Of a stretch of 64,000 bases of DNA, positions 1 through 12,880 are shown in pieces; the stretch's first letter is position 1, and the number at the start of each line of letters is the position of its first letter. The DNA is from Moniliella sp. 'wahieum' (Eukaryota), in NCBI GenBank assembly GCA_003971905.1, contig RSEE01000067.1, forward strand, positions 248,001 to 312,000, read 5' to 3'. The position numbers and the translations under genes are program-made. The notes under the pieces are model-generated. The model was not told the origin of the DNA. It saw nothing but the letters and a program-made list of their open reading frames with translations, and ran no database searches.

Positions 1-286
1 TCACTGTATCGGGCGCGCGGGGCAGGGCGGCAACTACGCGCGCAGCCCCCTCGAACGACGATACGTCCCCTACCACCAGTAGTGGCGGCGGGCCCGTAGC
101 GACGGAGCGGACGTGTTCCCATGCTGCCTCGAGTTGCGCGGGCCGGCGGGCGACGAGGACGACCTGGGCGCCAGCCTGGGCCAGCTGCTCGGCCGTGGCG
201 AGGCCGAGGCCCTGCGATGCGCCAGTGACAAGCACCAGTTGCGCGGCGGGGGTCCAGCGGCGGCGGCGCCACAGACAGCAAGGCAT
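1..286 (-). CDS. TSC10: Short-chain dehydrogenase/reductase, most like 3-ketodihydrosphingosine reductase (5' part; runs off window)
   Basis: Manual translation of the minus strand from ATG at 286: MPCCLWRRRRWTPAAQLVLVTGASQGLGLATAEQLAQAGAQVVLVARRPAQLEAA. The Rossmann TGxxxGLG motif supports SDR; the TSC10 assignment rests on recalled similarity. Confidence 0.65.
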   Translation of the reverse strand, partial: MPCCLWRRRRWTPAAQLVLVTGASQGLGLATAEQLAQAGAQVVLVARRPAQLEAAWEHVRSVATGPPPLLVVGDVSSFEGAARVVAALPRAPDTV

Positions 287-532
287 CAGCGAGTCGTCGG
301 GACGAGGCGGAGCGCGGGCAGCAGCAGCGGGGAGAAGGCTTGTCTGTGCCCGGACGCGTATATGCGGAGCACGGCACGCGCAGGCCCGCCTGGGCAAGCG
401 CCTGTAGTCTCCTACTCGCTGCCTTCATGCATTACCTATGGGTACCAAGGGCTTAACCTGCCCCTCCTCCCACCCGCCCTAGGGTTGCGTGCGGCGCGCG
501 CCCCTGCGTTCGATCGCCTTGCTCTCGTGTGT

Positions 533-633
533 GCCATTACCATTGCCATTGCCATTGCCATTGCCATTGCCATTGCCATTGCCATTGCCATTGCCATTGC
601 CATTGCCATTGCCATTGCCATTGCCATTGCCAT
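533..633. repeat. (GCCATT)n hexanucleotide microsatellite, about 16 copies, immediately 3' of the GCN5 stop
   Basis: Directly visible tandem array. Confidence 0.97.
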
Positions 634-637
634 GGCG

Positions 638-2536
638 CTACTCACCCATCCCCGCCGCCTGCTTCCACGCGGGCAGGTTGTCGCGCAGAAACTTCTCCAG
701 CTTGTCGCCGACTTGGCGTACGGCGACGCAGGCGGGTTGTAGAAGCGGCAGTTGTCAAAGATCAGCTGCGTGTCGGCAAGGAACTGATCCAGCGTGGCGT
801 ACTTGTTGTTCTCCAGGTTGGTCTCCAGCGTGGCCAGATCCATCGGGTTCTTGATCACCTGGTAGTAGTCCGGCACATCTTCCGCCGACACTGGGTTCTG
901 GAACGGCCATGCCGACGCATGGTTGCCCAGCTCGGACAGCAGTTGCCGCATGACGCTATGGTGCGGTCCGCGTTTGGGCCGCCGCGCCAGCTCGTCCATC
1001 GCAGGCGTCCACCCTGCCTCTCTTAGCCCAGGCACATCTTCAGGTCGCACCCGCATCCCGCCTCTAGCCGCTCGCCATTGTCAGGGTGGCGGAACACGTC
1101 GAGGCCCGGATGCACAATGTGCGAGCGCGAAAATTGGGTCATCTTGTACCGCACCAACGCTTCCTGCCGCTGCAGCAGCTTGCGCACCTCCAAATACTCC
1201 ACCCGCGGGACCATTGTGCATTGCATCAACGTGCCCCCCTCGTAATCTTTGATGTACCCTGTCCAAACGGAGCGGGGGAGGGAGATGTCTTTGGTGAAGC
1301 CTTGCTTTTTAAAGTAACCAATCGCATAGTTGTCCGCATACGTCAGGAAATGGTCCACAGGACTCGTCTTGCGCACATAGGACTTGAGATGGTTCATTAG
1401 ATGCGACCCATATCCCTTCACTTGCTCCGTCCCTGTGATTGCACAAAACACAATCTCGGCAAACCGGCGCTGGGGGAACGGCTTGTAGGTAATGCCCCCC
1501 ACCACTTGTAGACCACGCTTGACAATCGCCAAACCCACATGCGTGCGGTCAAAGACGAGACGAGTAATGTACTCTCTCGGCATCTTGGGCAGCTGCCGCT
1601 GGAAAATATTTTTGAGCCCGGTGAGCAGGATGCCCGACTCGGGCGTCCCGTCGTTCCGCACGATCCGGAACTGAATCAACCCGGCACGCTCCTCGGTCTC
1701 CGCTGGCTTCTCTTGAATTGGAGGCAGCCTTTCCAGCATTGTCTCCCAGTCGGAATCGCCGCTTGAGGCGGTTGTGTCGGCGCCCTCGGATGCGGCGCGC
1801 GGTGGCGGCGGGGGCATGAGCTGTTGCTCCCGATTGGTCTCGCTGGGAACCGGGTCGACTGAGGCCCCCTGCGCCATTTGTTCGGCCTTGTATGTGTCCA
1901 GGGGCGGAGGAGGTGGATCCTCCTGCTTTGGCAGCGGGGGTGACGCAGAGTCACTAGAACCCGGGGTGGGAAGGGCGTGTGCGCCCATGGAATGATGTTT
2001 TTGTCCTTCGTGCGGATGGGGGGGCTCGATCTTGCGCCGCTTGATCCGTTTCTCCTCGTCCCCCACACCAGGAGAGACCTTGCTATGCGATCGAACGTGG
2101 CCTTGCACTTTCTCCCGGGCGGACGGAGTTGTTTGAGCAACGTCCGCACCTCTCTTCGCACCATCGTCTCTTCCTCGTCCCGTCCGGGCGCACTCAAGTC
2201 CAACCCCAAGTCCAACCCCCGCCCCACATCCCCCAGCAACTCGTCCGCCCGAACCGCCACACGAGCTCTTCGCGCCCACTCGTCCGACGATAACCGCGGC
2301 TGGTCCCCATGCGCAATCGCACTGTGCGAACAGGCACAGGTCGGGTTCTTTGCCACGCCATCGCGCGCCGCAACGACGGTAACGCCCTCGGGCGCGCGCA
2401 GACCAGGACAGGCACACTTGGCACACGGCGCATAGCGCGCCAAAACCACCTCGGCTTCGGTGCGGGAGAGGGAACGGAGCGACTTGGCGCCCACGGGGTA
2501 GGCGAACGTCCGGCCTGGCGAACTGGACCGGCTCAT
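638..2536 (-). CDS. GCN5: Histone acetyltransferase GCN5 (N-terminal Cys/His module + HAT domain + bromodomain), frameshifted
   Basis: HAT motifs [67 protein letters not shown] (ORF 1023..2597). Bromodomain [28 protein letters not shown] (ORF 436..1056). Stop TAG at 638-640 after a frame correction; start inferred at MSRSSSPG (2536). Confidence 0.95.
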
Positions 2537-3358
2537 TGGATACGCAGATTGGTTGCGACGCGTTTGCCCGCGGTGGCGGCGTGGGATGAAGGGGCAATCA
2601 TGCATCGCCTCTGAACCGTCACCCTTCCCTGCAGGGTCGCCCCCAGCGCTGCTCCCGTGCCAGCGTGGCTGAGCTAAGCAGCCTGCCTCGGGAAACTTTG
2701 AAGCCGGAGCGGGGAAGAGCGAAGGGAGAGGCGGAAGCACATTGTTCCGCTCGGAGGTCGTCCGGCGTACCACGGGGTAAAATGTCGTGCCCGCTCGCTG
2801 GGCAGAAGGGGTGGCGTGCGCACCTCAGGCCGTACACAGGCCTCGATTGATCTCCTTCTTATGGGGAGGGGTCTCCGGTGGGACATTGATCAATCGTTGA
2901 TGCATCATATATCAACGTCCACCGAACTATCACCCCCCGCACCCCCACTGCCCTAGGACTATTAGATAGTACTAGAGAGATGCGAAGCTCGCAACCCCTT
3001 CCAGCTCCGTTCGCACAACACTCTATCTATATGTGGGGTCCTACATGGATCCCGTCCCGATTTTTACACAGTTCCATGGCGCCACCGCTTTCGCTCCCCC
3101 CCCCCTCGCGCGCTCTCGGGCGGTGCACCTCTCTTGTCTCGTTAATAGGATGATGGCACACATAACGCACATGCACATGCACACGGTGAAACTGATAACC
3201 ATTCCTATAGCCGGTAAACCCCGTCTCTCTCCCATCAAAAGGCCCCACAGCGGCTATACTATTACTGTTACTCCGAAAGTGGAATTCCCCACAAAGTTGC
3301 TATATATAGAGAGCACCGCATCTCCCATCCACATCCCTCCCATCAGCTGCAACCAACC

Positions 3359-4525
3359 ATGGCTACCGCCGTTGCTACCCCTGTCCCTGCCTCGCTCGCC
3401 TCTGGCACTGCTGCCGACAGTACCGCTTCCCCTGCGCTGCCGGCTGTCCTCCCTAAGTTCACCCCTCCGCCGGAGACGAGTGCGGAGTTGGACTGGGCTG
3501 ATCTCGCTACGATTGACCTATCCAAGACGGGCACGCCCGAGGGCAAGGCAGCCCAAGCGGCGCGTCTGCTTGAATCGTTACGCACGGCGGGTTTCTTTAC
3601 GTCACGGGCTACGACCTGTCTGAAGAGGAGATCGCGGAACAGTTTGCCATTGGCCAAGCGTTCCATAAGCTTCCAGTGGAAGAAAAGTTGGCTTTTAAGC
3701 CCGACCTCGACCATGGACGGTTCAATGGCTACCGTCCGGCCGGGCGGACGTTGATTGACCCCGAGTCGGGGCTACGCGACCAAGTGGATTTCTACAACAT
3801 TCCTAAACCTTCCTTCCCACAAGTCCACCCGCCTGTCATTGCACAGCGGATTGACACTGTGCTGGCGTTTCAACGCAAGCTGCACAACGCAGTGCTCGAC
3901 CCGCTCTTGCGTCTTCTCTCGCTCGCACTCGAGTTGCCGGAAATTACTTGTCCGACTTGCATCGGTACGACGATAAGACGGAGGACCATCTGCGCTACAT
4001 GCTCTACTCGCCGTACAAGAAAGAGGAGTACGAGGTACTCAAGGACAAGTGGCATGTCGGTGGCCATACAGACTTGGGTACCTTTACACTTCTCTATCGT
4101 CAGCCCGTTGCTGGTCTTCAAATCCGGGACCACAAGACCAACGAATGGAAATACGCCCGCCCGCACCCGGCTTCGTTTACGGTCAACTCGGCGGATGCGC
4201 TTAGCTTCCTCACGGGTGGGTATGTCAAAAGCACGATTCACCGTGTCGTTTTGCCACCGCGCGACCAAAGCCAATTTGAACGGCACGGTCTCCTCTACTT
4301 TTCTCGCCCCGCAACGATCTTGTCCTTTCCACCATCCAGGAAAGCCCGATCTTGAAAGGTCGCAAGAATACGTTTGAACAGGACGGCGTCACGCCCCCTA
4401 CCGTTGAGACTTGGACGTACGCCAAGCAGACTTGGCAGCATCGTCACCGTGGCACAGACGAGGAGCAACGCGCTCGCTGGACCGAGACTGTCCTCCCGGG
4501 TCACAAAGAGCAGCTGTACAAGTAA
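3359..4525 (+). CDS. 2-oxoglutarate/Fe(II)-dependent dioxygenase (IPNS/clavaminate synthase-like fungal family), frameshifted
   Basis: ELDWADLATIDLS..GFF N-terminal domain; GHTDLG (HxD), QPVAGLQI, STIHRV (distal His), RHGLLYF, spread over ORFs 3359, 3676 and 3948. Stop TAA at 4523-4525. Confidence 0.9.
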
Positions 4526-4948
4526 CCGTGTGCGGTAGGAGGAGAGGAAGTTGGACGTTTTGGTCACTCCCATGCTCTCGTGTCTGTACGCCCTGTCTTC
4601 GACGAAGAAATATATAGGTATCAATGATGATAAGCCGCTCAGCTGCTCTAAGTAGTAGCATCATACTCTTGAACGTCTGCACCTGGGTATATAGGCTTCA
4701 TCAGGTTGATAACAAACACTGGTCATATATGGGCGAGAGCTTCTCCAATTTGCTGTTGTACACGTCTCTCCCCTTTTCCACAAGAGGGCGACGGCCCAGA
4801 CAAAAGGCGCTGACCGCGCTTGATTGGCCATACAACGAAGACTCCCGCCAGTACGTGCCTATACTACGGGCGATGAATAAGCCTGGCCCACGTGCCGCAA
4901 CTAATAGAAGCAGGCACTGCAGTTCGAAATGGGCTCTTGGCGGGCTTT

Positions 4949-4954
4949 AAAAAA
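4949..4954 (-). terminator. RNA polymerase III oligo-T terminator of tRNA-Asp
   Basis: T6 run on the minus strand 4 nt downstream of the tRNA 3' end. Confidence 0.8.
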
Positions 4955-4958
4955 GAAT

Positions 4959-5044
4959 CTCTCCGACCGGGAATCGAACCCGGGTCTCGTCCGAACGCCC
5001 AAGAACATGACAGGGACGTGTCATAGCCACTAAACTATCGGAGA
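4959..5044 (-). tRNA. tRNA-Asp(GTC) with a 14-nt intron (4994-5007)
   Basis: Minus strand folds as acceptor TCTCCGA/TCGGAGA + G discriminator, anticodon stem CGTCC/GGACG with CT-GTC-A loop and intron after position 37, T-arm CCGGG-TTCGATT-CCCGG. Length 72+14 nt. Confidence 0.95.
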
Positions 5045-6846
5045 AGCTGTGACACATGATGGAGCCCTTGATGACATATCTTGTTGCGACATAATGGTTT
5101 GCTCCACCCTAGAAACCCGACGCTGACTTTTGGTCTCCGCTTGAGGAAGAGTATGTGACACTACGGTCACGGTGAACCTTCTCAGTTTCTAGGCTCCCTA
5201 TCGGACCCGCTCGCTCCTGCTCATGACCGGCGTGTACATGATCGGTCAGGCCGGTCAGACGACCAACGCCCTGTGGTGTAATGTGTTGCGCATGTTGATG
5301 AAGACGGGGACGTGTTCTTGCAGTGGGAGAGATTTTTCGCAAGGCCACAGTAGCCAGTAGCCACACATTATAGAAGGACATGAACCGCGCTGCGCAAGAC
5401 TGAGTCAGTGCTGCCGAAACATGGCTGCATGGCTGCATGGGAGCAGGGCAGCATCGCCCCGTCATCGCAATCGCACGAGATTGATATATTGACAGCACCA
5501 GGAGGCGTGCTATTATATAGGAACCGTTATTGAAGGTGTTTGAACTATAGTGTGGCACTGGGGTGGCCCGCAGCGGTGTGGTTAATCCGGTTAATATATA
5601 TCCGTACTGTGGCTTTTTAAGGCACAGGGCATGCAGTACTCATCGATCATCACTGGTAACACAGTGAGTGCCCCGTCCTGCCATCCGTCGTCCCACATCT
5701 ATCTGTGTGTGGGTCGTTCCAGAGTGCCGCCACACCGATTCACACTCCATCTAGAGTATACCTCTCAATGCCTGACCTTTTTCCCGAATGCAACTGGGCC
5801 CATCTCACTGATGCTCCCTTCCCTCCCTCTCCATGCTAGCATCTGGCCCAACACGTGCCGGCGCATCAGCACCGCAAAAGAGCGCAAGCAAAAGGACTCA
5901 GCCACAACTCTGCCTCACAGGTATATGACCCTCAGCGACGGACGGAGCTGCGGGGGGAGAGGATGTGTGATGTACGCGTGAGTAACCAGTGGCTCGTAGT
6001 TTCGCAGGGGGCGAGTTTTGTCTTGTACGGACACCCTTTCAGCCATCCGAGTATCTTTCCCCAACGGGACTGCAAGGTCAAAACTTCAACTCAGTCTGAG
6101 TACTCAGTGAGTACTCACGATTGCGTGAAGCTTGAAGCTTGATTACGATTATGCCAGGATGAAACAAACTGCAACATGTAACACGTCATGCATCAGGCAT
6201 TAGGCATGCGTCGCCCCGAGTGGCGAGTGGCCGAGACATCACACACCCCATGTCACATGATATTGACGCCATGGACAGGTGCCTTGCGATGTGCCCTGCA
6301 TCCCAGAGCGTTGCCACTGCCTTGCCATTGTCCGACGTCCATCGGTGCGCATGGGTGATGGGCCGGTGATGCCCGTCGTGACGCGTGGCGTGCCTCGTCG
6401 GGTGCCGAGGAGGCGAAGGCCCGCAGGAAGCGGCAGCGTGCGAGTGGCAAGGCGTGGCCCCCAAGGGGGCAGCCGGCAGCCACGCGCAGCTGCTGCGGAG
6501 AGTGAGAGCGTGCGAACCACCGGTGGCAGTCTGTGGCAGTCTGTCTCACTGGCACGCTTCAACGTTCAACCCCCGGGATCTCCTATTGCATGTTGCATCT
6601 CAGAACTGCAGCCATCGTTTCATCCTATCTCCCGAACTCTGTTCCCCCCGCCTGCGATCGAGGCGGGAAAGGCCGAGATCTCAGAACCCAGGTTGGGCCT
6701 CAGCAGCCCTACTATTAGCTATTCGGCCTGCCGCTGCCATTCCGTTTTCATCTGTTGCAGCACGCACGCACCCTCATTGCTGCCACCCACCACCACGACC
6801 GCAACGCTATACCGTCGCCCCACCATTCTTCCGCCATTCCCCCGCC

Positions 6847-9591
6847 ATGCCACCCCTAGCCGCACGCCGCGCCAGCTGGCCATCCACGTCACCTCCCCCG
6901 ACCTTTACATCCATCCGCCCCCGCCGCGTGCTCGCCAGCCTGGCCACGACAAGGCCCTCAGGGCCTCGTCGAGCTCCTCTGCCCCTCGGAACGCACCATC
7001 TCTGGTGTGTGTGTGAGTCTGCGCGCCTCCAGACCCTCGCGTTTCCCGATCCGAATGACCCCCAAAAGATCGGTATGAGGACAGATCGTGATGAACAAGA
7101 CTGTCGAGATCCTGGATGTGTCCCGCTCCTCCCGTTCAACCCGCCGGGCGCCCTCGCTGCATCCGACGTACTGCCCCCATCCAAGTCCTGTCCAGTCTCA
7201 CTGGCGCACCCTCCCTTCCCCTGACGTGCCCCGCCCCTCCTCCGACGAGTTTGACATCCTCTCCCGCCCTGACGCGCAGCAAGCCGATGAGATGGAACTC
7301 TCTGCCGCCACAACCTGCCAACTCTGGTGTGGGTGCGCTGGACGTGAGCCATGCTGCGTCCGTCAACGTCAAACAGGAAGGACTCCATCTTACGTCTGGA
7401 GTACATGGTACCTGGCACTCTATCTTCTGTTGACAGGCGAAGGTAGGACCTGGACGACTGACTGACGACCGACTTGGGGGTGTCCTCATCCTTTTCCAGA
7501 TTTGAGTTTGCCTTCATATTCCCTCCACTAGCCCGGCGTTTGAGCGGACGAAGCATGCGCGTCTCCGCTACGTCCTTACCCGCTACCGCCCTAGGTGCTG
7601 GATGCGGTGGGAAAAGCGATATTTCGACCCACCAGCGTATTTGTGATTGTGCAGGTGCAGCCCGATGGTGGGCCTACGTCGCTGGATCTACAGTACCATG
7701 ATGTTCATCGAGCCCTTGGTCCCATCGCCATTGCCCTTATCTCGGCCTCCCTGACGGTGGGTGGGATAGCGTCGGTGCAGGTTACCCACCCAGACCTCCT
7801 CCTGGCCTTTCAGTGCACGTCATCCGTGTTTTTTCTACAACAAACGATGGAACTCTACAGCGCACACGCAAGGCGTGGTGCAAGCTCCCAACCGAAAAAC
7901 TACGGCTGTGGGAAAAGGGTGCATGCCATACCGCTCAACTCAGGCGGCTCGTCTGATGACAATACCATCTGGTTTGCCCGCACCACCCCCGATGGTGACC
8001 CCATCGCAGCGCTCCTGGTCGCGGCGCAGGAGAAGGAGGACCGAACATGTGCCCGTTTGGCACTGCTTTGGCAGGCACATTTGCTCACCACAGCCCGGCC
8101 GGCCCACCGCAGATGCCAAGCGATCTCGATTCACCCGGGTATACGCTCAAGAACATCATTCGTCTTCCTGACCATCGCGTCATCCGTCCCAGCACGGTGC
8201 GTGGGTCCAAGACGGACATTCGGATCAGCCACGAAATCGGTGTTGAGATCTTCTTTTCTCGCCTTTCAGTCCTTGACGATCGAGCCAACAGCGAAAGCTT
8301 TGGTTTGCCCAAAGTTCAGGTCTTTTGCATGCGTCGGGCAATTGCTATCCCTTCCTGCGCGTGTACACACGATACCATTCATCTGCCCCCGTACTCACTC
8401 GAGTCGCCCATGCCTTCCCACCCTCCTTCACCTCCTGCCACCGCTCACCGCGCTTACCCCACTTCCCCGGCACTTGACGTACTAGCTGGCCACCGGCCCA
8501 CCCCCCGTGCAGAGACCGATCCATCCACCCCAACCGCGGTTTCCCCGCTTGCCTCGACCCACCGTCCTTCCTCTCATTCAGTTTCTCACTCCCGCCCTTC
8601 CCGTCCTTCCTCCCACTCGGTTCCCCACTCCCGCAACCCGTCCCCCGAACACGAAGGACAGGAAGGACATGAAGGACAGGAAGGACATGAAGGACAGGAA
8701 GGACAGGAAGGACAGGAAGGACACAATCTCCGAGCCAGTCTGGCTGCCGCATTCAAATCGGGTCGCCGTTCCCGGCGCTCTTCTCCGCATCGTGCCGAGC
8801 CCCCCGCCCCAGCCGTACGGCCTTACACCCGTTCATTTCCGCTCACTTGGACCGCCCCGCCCTCAGCCCCATTGGTACCACAACCGGCACACCGCCTCTG
8901 CGTGGCCGTCCTCCCCTTACCAAGACAAGTTCGAGCCAGAGCATGTACCCGTTCCACCGCCGCACGCGGTCGGGCAGCGCCACCCCCCTGTCATCGACTA
9001 CGTCTACCAAACCACGTCCAGCCCTGCTCACACGGCATTCGTATCATACCACCCCACGTGCCGTACTGGGCCTGCTGACGCCCAACAGACAAGATCCGCT
9101 CTCCGCGGCCCCTACCAAGGTTAAGTCCAAATATCCCAGCCCCGATGCAGAGGCCGACACGGACGCTGAGGCTGGCACCAAAGGACATGCGGATCGAGAT
9201 GGAGATGGAGATGGAGATGGAGATCGAGATGGGAACGGAGAGGGAGAGGAAGAGAGAGGAAGAGGTGCCAACGCCATCTTGGTCCCACCCGCCATTCTTT
9301 ACCGGTCCAACACTTACTTCGCGCCTGCGGTGCAACTGTGGTCGCGAAACGAGCGCCTTGGCCGATGCGGAACAACGGTTACTCCAAGGTGTTCCCACTG
9401 CTCCGGGGGTATGGGTCGATCGGCCTTCGTTGGATGCACAACCTCCGGCTTGGTTCCCCCCGGATCAGGACACTGTATCGCTGCCCATTCTGTTCCGCCC
9501 CGTGGGCGAGCGCGAACGTGAACGCCAACTATGGAAAGCGAAAGCTGCTCAACTCTCTGTTTTGCCGGACCCGCCGTCGGGCGAGGCTTGA
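6847..9591 (+). CDS. Alpha-arrestin-like protein with low-complexity C-terminal region, frameshifted
   Basis: Segments QLAIHVTSPDLYIHP, FEFAFIFPP, ALGPIAIALISASLTVGG, IRPSTVRGSKTDIRISHEIGVEIFF, a PY motif (LPPY) and C-terminal CNCG. Pattern recalled from arrestin-domain proteins of smut fungi; boundaries approximate. Confidence 0.65.
8653..8724 (+). repeat. 9-bp tandem repeat GAAGGACA(G/T), about 8 copies, coding (EGQ/EGH)n
   Basis: Directly visible inside the arrestin-like ORF. Confidence 0.95.
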
Positions 9592-11662
9592 AGCTTGAAG
9601 CTTGAAGCTTGGTGCTGATAAAAGACGTGAAGCCTCGTGTGGTTAGGCTTAACCTTAGTGGCTTAACAGCTTAATCGCCTGCTTTCCCCCCGTTCACTTG
9701 AACAGTCACTTTTCACTTTCACCACAGCTTGACCAATCTCCACGACCTATATTGCTTACCCTATTTCCCTACTTGCCTTACGGGTTTACGGTTCATCCAC
9801 CTTTTTTCTCGCCTTCTACTCCTTGCCGGCTTCTACCTCCCTCCCATCAACCTTCCCCCTATCTACCCCCCCCCCCCCCGCTGTCCCACGCTTTGTCCTT
9901 ATTGTATATTACCCTCATCCGCTTCCCTCCGCCCTCCCTTTGTCCTTTTCCACAATTATGTCTCTTCTCCCTCCTATGTCCCCCTTCCCTCGTCGCGTCT
10001 TCAAGTTACTTCAGCACGCCTCTCACCATCCCATTCCCGTCTCCCGTTTCCAATCCGCGTGTCCCTTGTGTGCCCGTTGTGCTTAGCGCCCTTGCAGAAA
10101 TGATAATACTGAAGATGATGGCGATCGCAGGATGATGGCTCCGAGTATATGCGTATGTACCGGTACAGACTCGGGGGGGGGGAGGTTATGGGAAGGACAG
10201 CTGGGACGGGAAAGGGTTCGAGCAGAGCCGCGTTCATGACGGAGGGGCATGCAAGCTACATGGACCGGTGCACTTTATCTACTTCACAGGAAGTGGTCGT
10301 CGCAATACGCCCTCATACGATGGGGACCGACGCAACGTTGGGTTCGCAATAGCGGGTGAACCTCTGATTGGGGTATTAGCGGTGGCGGTTGCATTCCCCC
10401 CCCACAATAGCTCCTCTCCATTTGCCATTGTATCAGGCTTGGTAGTAGTGCGGTCCTTCGTGCACAACAGAGGCTGCGGCCACGCGTCTCTCAGTGTTGT
10501 TACTAGCTACTGCTTCTGGTGTGGTCCCGTTGGCTCGCCTGGGCCCTTCTTTGGTAGATCAATGTGCTCGCAAGTTCTGTCTTCAATCTCTCTTTTCTCC
10601 TGTTCTCTCTCGCCTCACTTGGTCCTACTTTCCTCGGCCCACACTGATCAACGGGCAACGCACATCGACAGCATAAATCCCCCTTTTCGTCACGGCCACG
10701 CTGGGTTGAGGATGCTGGCGCGTTCGTTCCCACCTACTAAGCCTGTGACGCGACCGCCATCTGGGCCATGCGCTCTTTACGCCGCACCTCGTACTTCTCA
10801 CCCGCTTGGTGATAATGGCCTTGGGTCGCTGGTCGGCTACCAACTAAGGCCTTGATCACCCCTTCCATCACATAGCACCCGACAAAGTCGACCATCTTGA
10901 GCGCCACGAGGTACATTTGGAACTGAGTGGGGATATATGGGCACAAGTTATTTATCACCTCTCGTTCATCACCGGAAGTCATTATTATTCACCCAACCAG
11001 CGCCACGACGGCCGATTATGTCAGCACGCAGCGTGCTGGGTATTATTCGTGCGTCCCCACTCGGGATGGGTGGCGCGGCGGAGCGGGTCGGGGAGCGATC
11101 TGAGCGATCTGAGATCTGAGCGATCTCAGGCCTCAGGATGGAAGGACGTCGAGACGGCTCTTCTGCCTCCTTTCCACGCCATCCCCCATTCAACGCCAAC
11201 GGCGGTTCCTGTTCTCAATTCGTCCACCGCTACCGCAGCATGAATGGCCTCAAGCGATGCCAGCCATCCAAAACGAAGTGTGCATTTCAATCAACTGGAT
11301 TTTGGCGCGGGCAAGGGTAAGGGTAAGCGCTGGCTGTTTCCCCGTAATTGGCATTGGCCATTGGCCATCGGCCACAGCCCCCACCCAAGCGCGACGGCCC
11401 CAGCGGTGGATAGGCCAGACTGCTCACCCCCACAGCACACGCACAGGGCCACATCAGTAGCAACTAAATCAAAAACGAACGAAAGAATCAAGATCAATGC
11501 AGAGCAATCGAGCAAGCAGTGTCCCGTCTGGTCACTGGAACCACATGTGCAATGCCCCTTCCCCTCAATAGCTGCCCCCGGCCATCGTCAACAACACGCA
11601 TGGCTTGGTGCTTGCATTGGCATCTTATTGCCAACGACAGGGACATGGGCCTTGGTGCCATT

Positions 11663-12880
11663 CTACTGCACCCAGAACGCAAGCGAAATGACGAGGTAGA
11701 GCGCCACAAGCATTGCGCCTTCGATCCAGTTCGACTTGCCGTCCTGGATGAGCGTGTAGGTCAACAGCACCCCCGTAGCCAGAACCACCGTCTCGAACCC
11801 GCGGAAGTACAGGGTCAACGGCTGTCCCACCGCCCACCCAACCAACACCAACGACGGGATCAAGCCAATGGCAATTTGGATACTGCTGCCGACCGCAACG
11901 CCGAGCGCAATCTCCATCTTGTTCTTGATGGCCATCCAGATGGATGACGTGTTCGGCTGCGTTGCCCACAATGGGAAGGAGGATAGTGGAGATGAAGGCA
12001 GTGGGAATGTGGTACTCGTTCGCCACCTCGTCAATCGCTCCCACCAAGTAATCCGCATTGAACGACGTGACGACAGTCACCACCAACAGCGCCAGCAGTG
12101 CCGCCTGCGTATTCATCTTCTCCTCGTCCTCGTCCCGTCCATGTCAAACTCGGCTTCGGTCAACGCCTCCGAGTCCCACAGGAAGGAATGCGTCTTGAGT
12201 TGGAACAGCAGGTACAGACCATACACCGCGACTAGGATCACAGCCGCGCCACGGCTGATAAACAACAGCCCCGCTTCGTCTTGGGCCGAATCGCCATTGT
12301 GCCCCGAAAGACGGTAGGCAGCCGGGATGACAAGTGTGATGGTGCCCAAGAGAAGAATGGAGCCACTGGCTTGGGCCGCAGTGGCCTGGAACGTATTTTC
12401 CTTACGGACAATGCCGCCGGCGCAAAACGACATGCCCAGCACGAGTAGCAAGTTGCTCAACACACTGCCAATCAACGACGTTTGCACAATCCGAAGCTGG
12501 CCCTGGAGCAAGGCGACAATACCAACAATCAACTCGACGGCATTGCCAAACGTGGCGTTGAGCAGGCCGCCCAGCGTGTCGCCCAATTGCATGCTCACTT
12601 GCTCCGTCGCATCGCCCAGCAGCTTGGCCAGCGGCACAATCGCAAGAAAGTTGAGCGAGAAGCGAGCCAGCGCACTCCACTCGAGCTTCTCGGCCAACAG
12701 ACCCAGCGGGACAAAGACAAGGAGCGTGTTGAGGTACGAGTTGAACAGGAACCAGTGGGCGGACTGGGCGAGCGTGGGCACAGGGCCGGTGCCGGCGCTG
12801 GAGCGGTGGGCAGAGGGGGGGTTGGCAGCGCCGTTGGAGGCGCCGGTGGGCGTGCCCAGGAGGGGGGCGCGTTCGGACAT
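11663..12880 (-). CDS. VCX1: Vacuolar Ca2+/H+ exchanger (CAX family), frameshifted
   Basis: Alpha-1 repeat GGLLNATFGNAVELIV, LIGSVLSNLLLVLG, YLLFQLKTH; alpha-2 repeat LLPIVGNAAEH, GSSIQIA, DGKSNWIEG. Confidence 0.95.

Noticed and set aside
489..1026. ORFs with (CH)n, (PL)n, (IA)n or (MA)n, resembling a metal-binding peptide
   Set aside because: They are translations of the (GCCATT)n microsatellite in the GCN5 3' flank plus antisense of the bromodomain.
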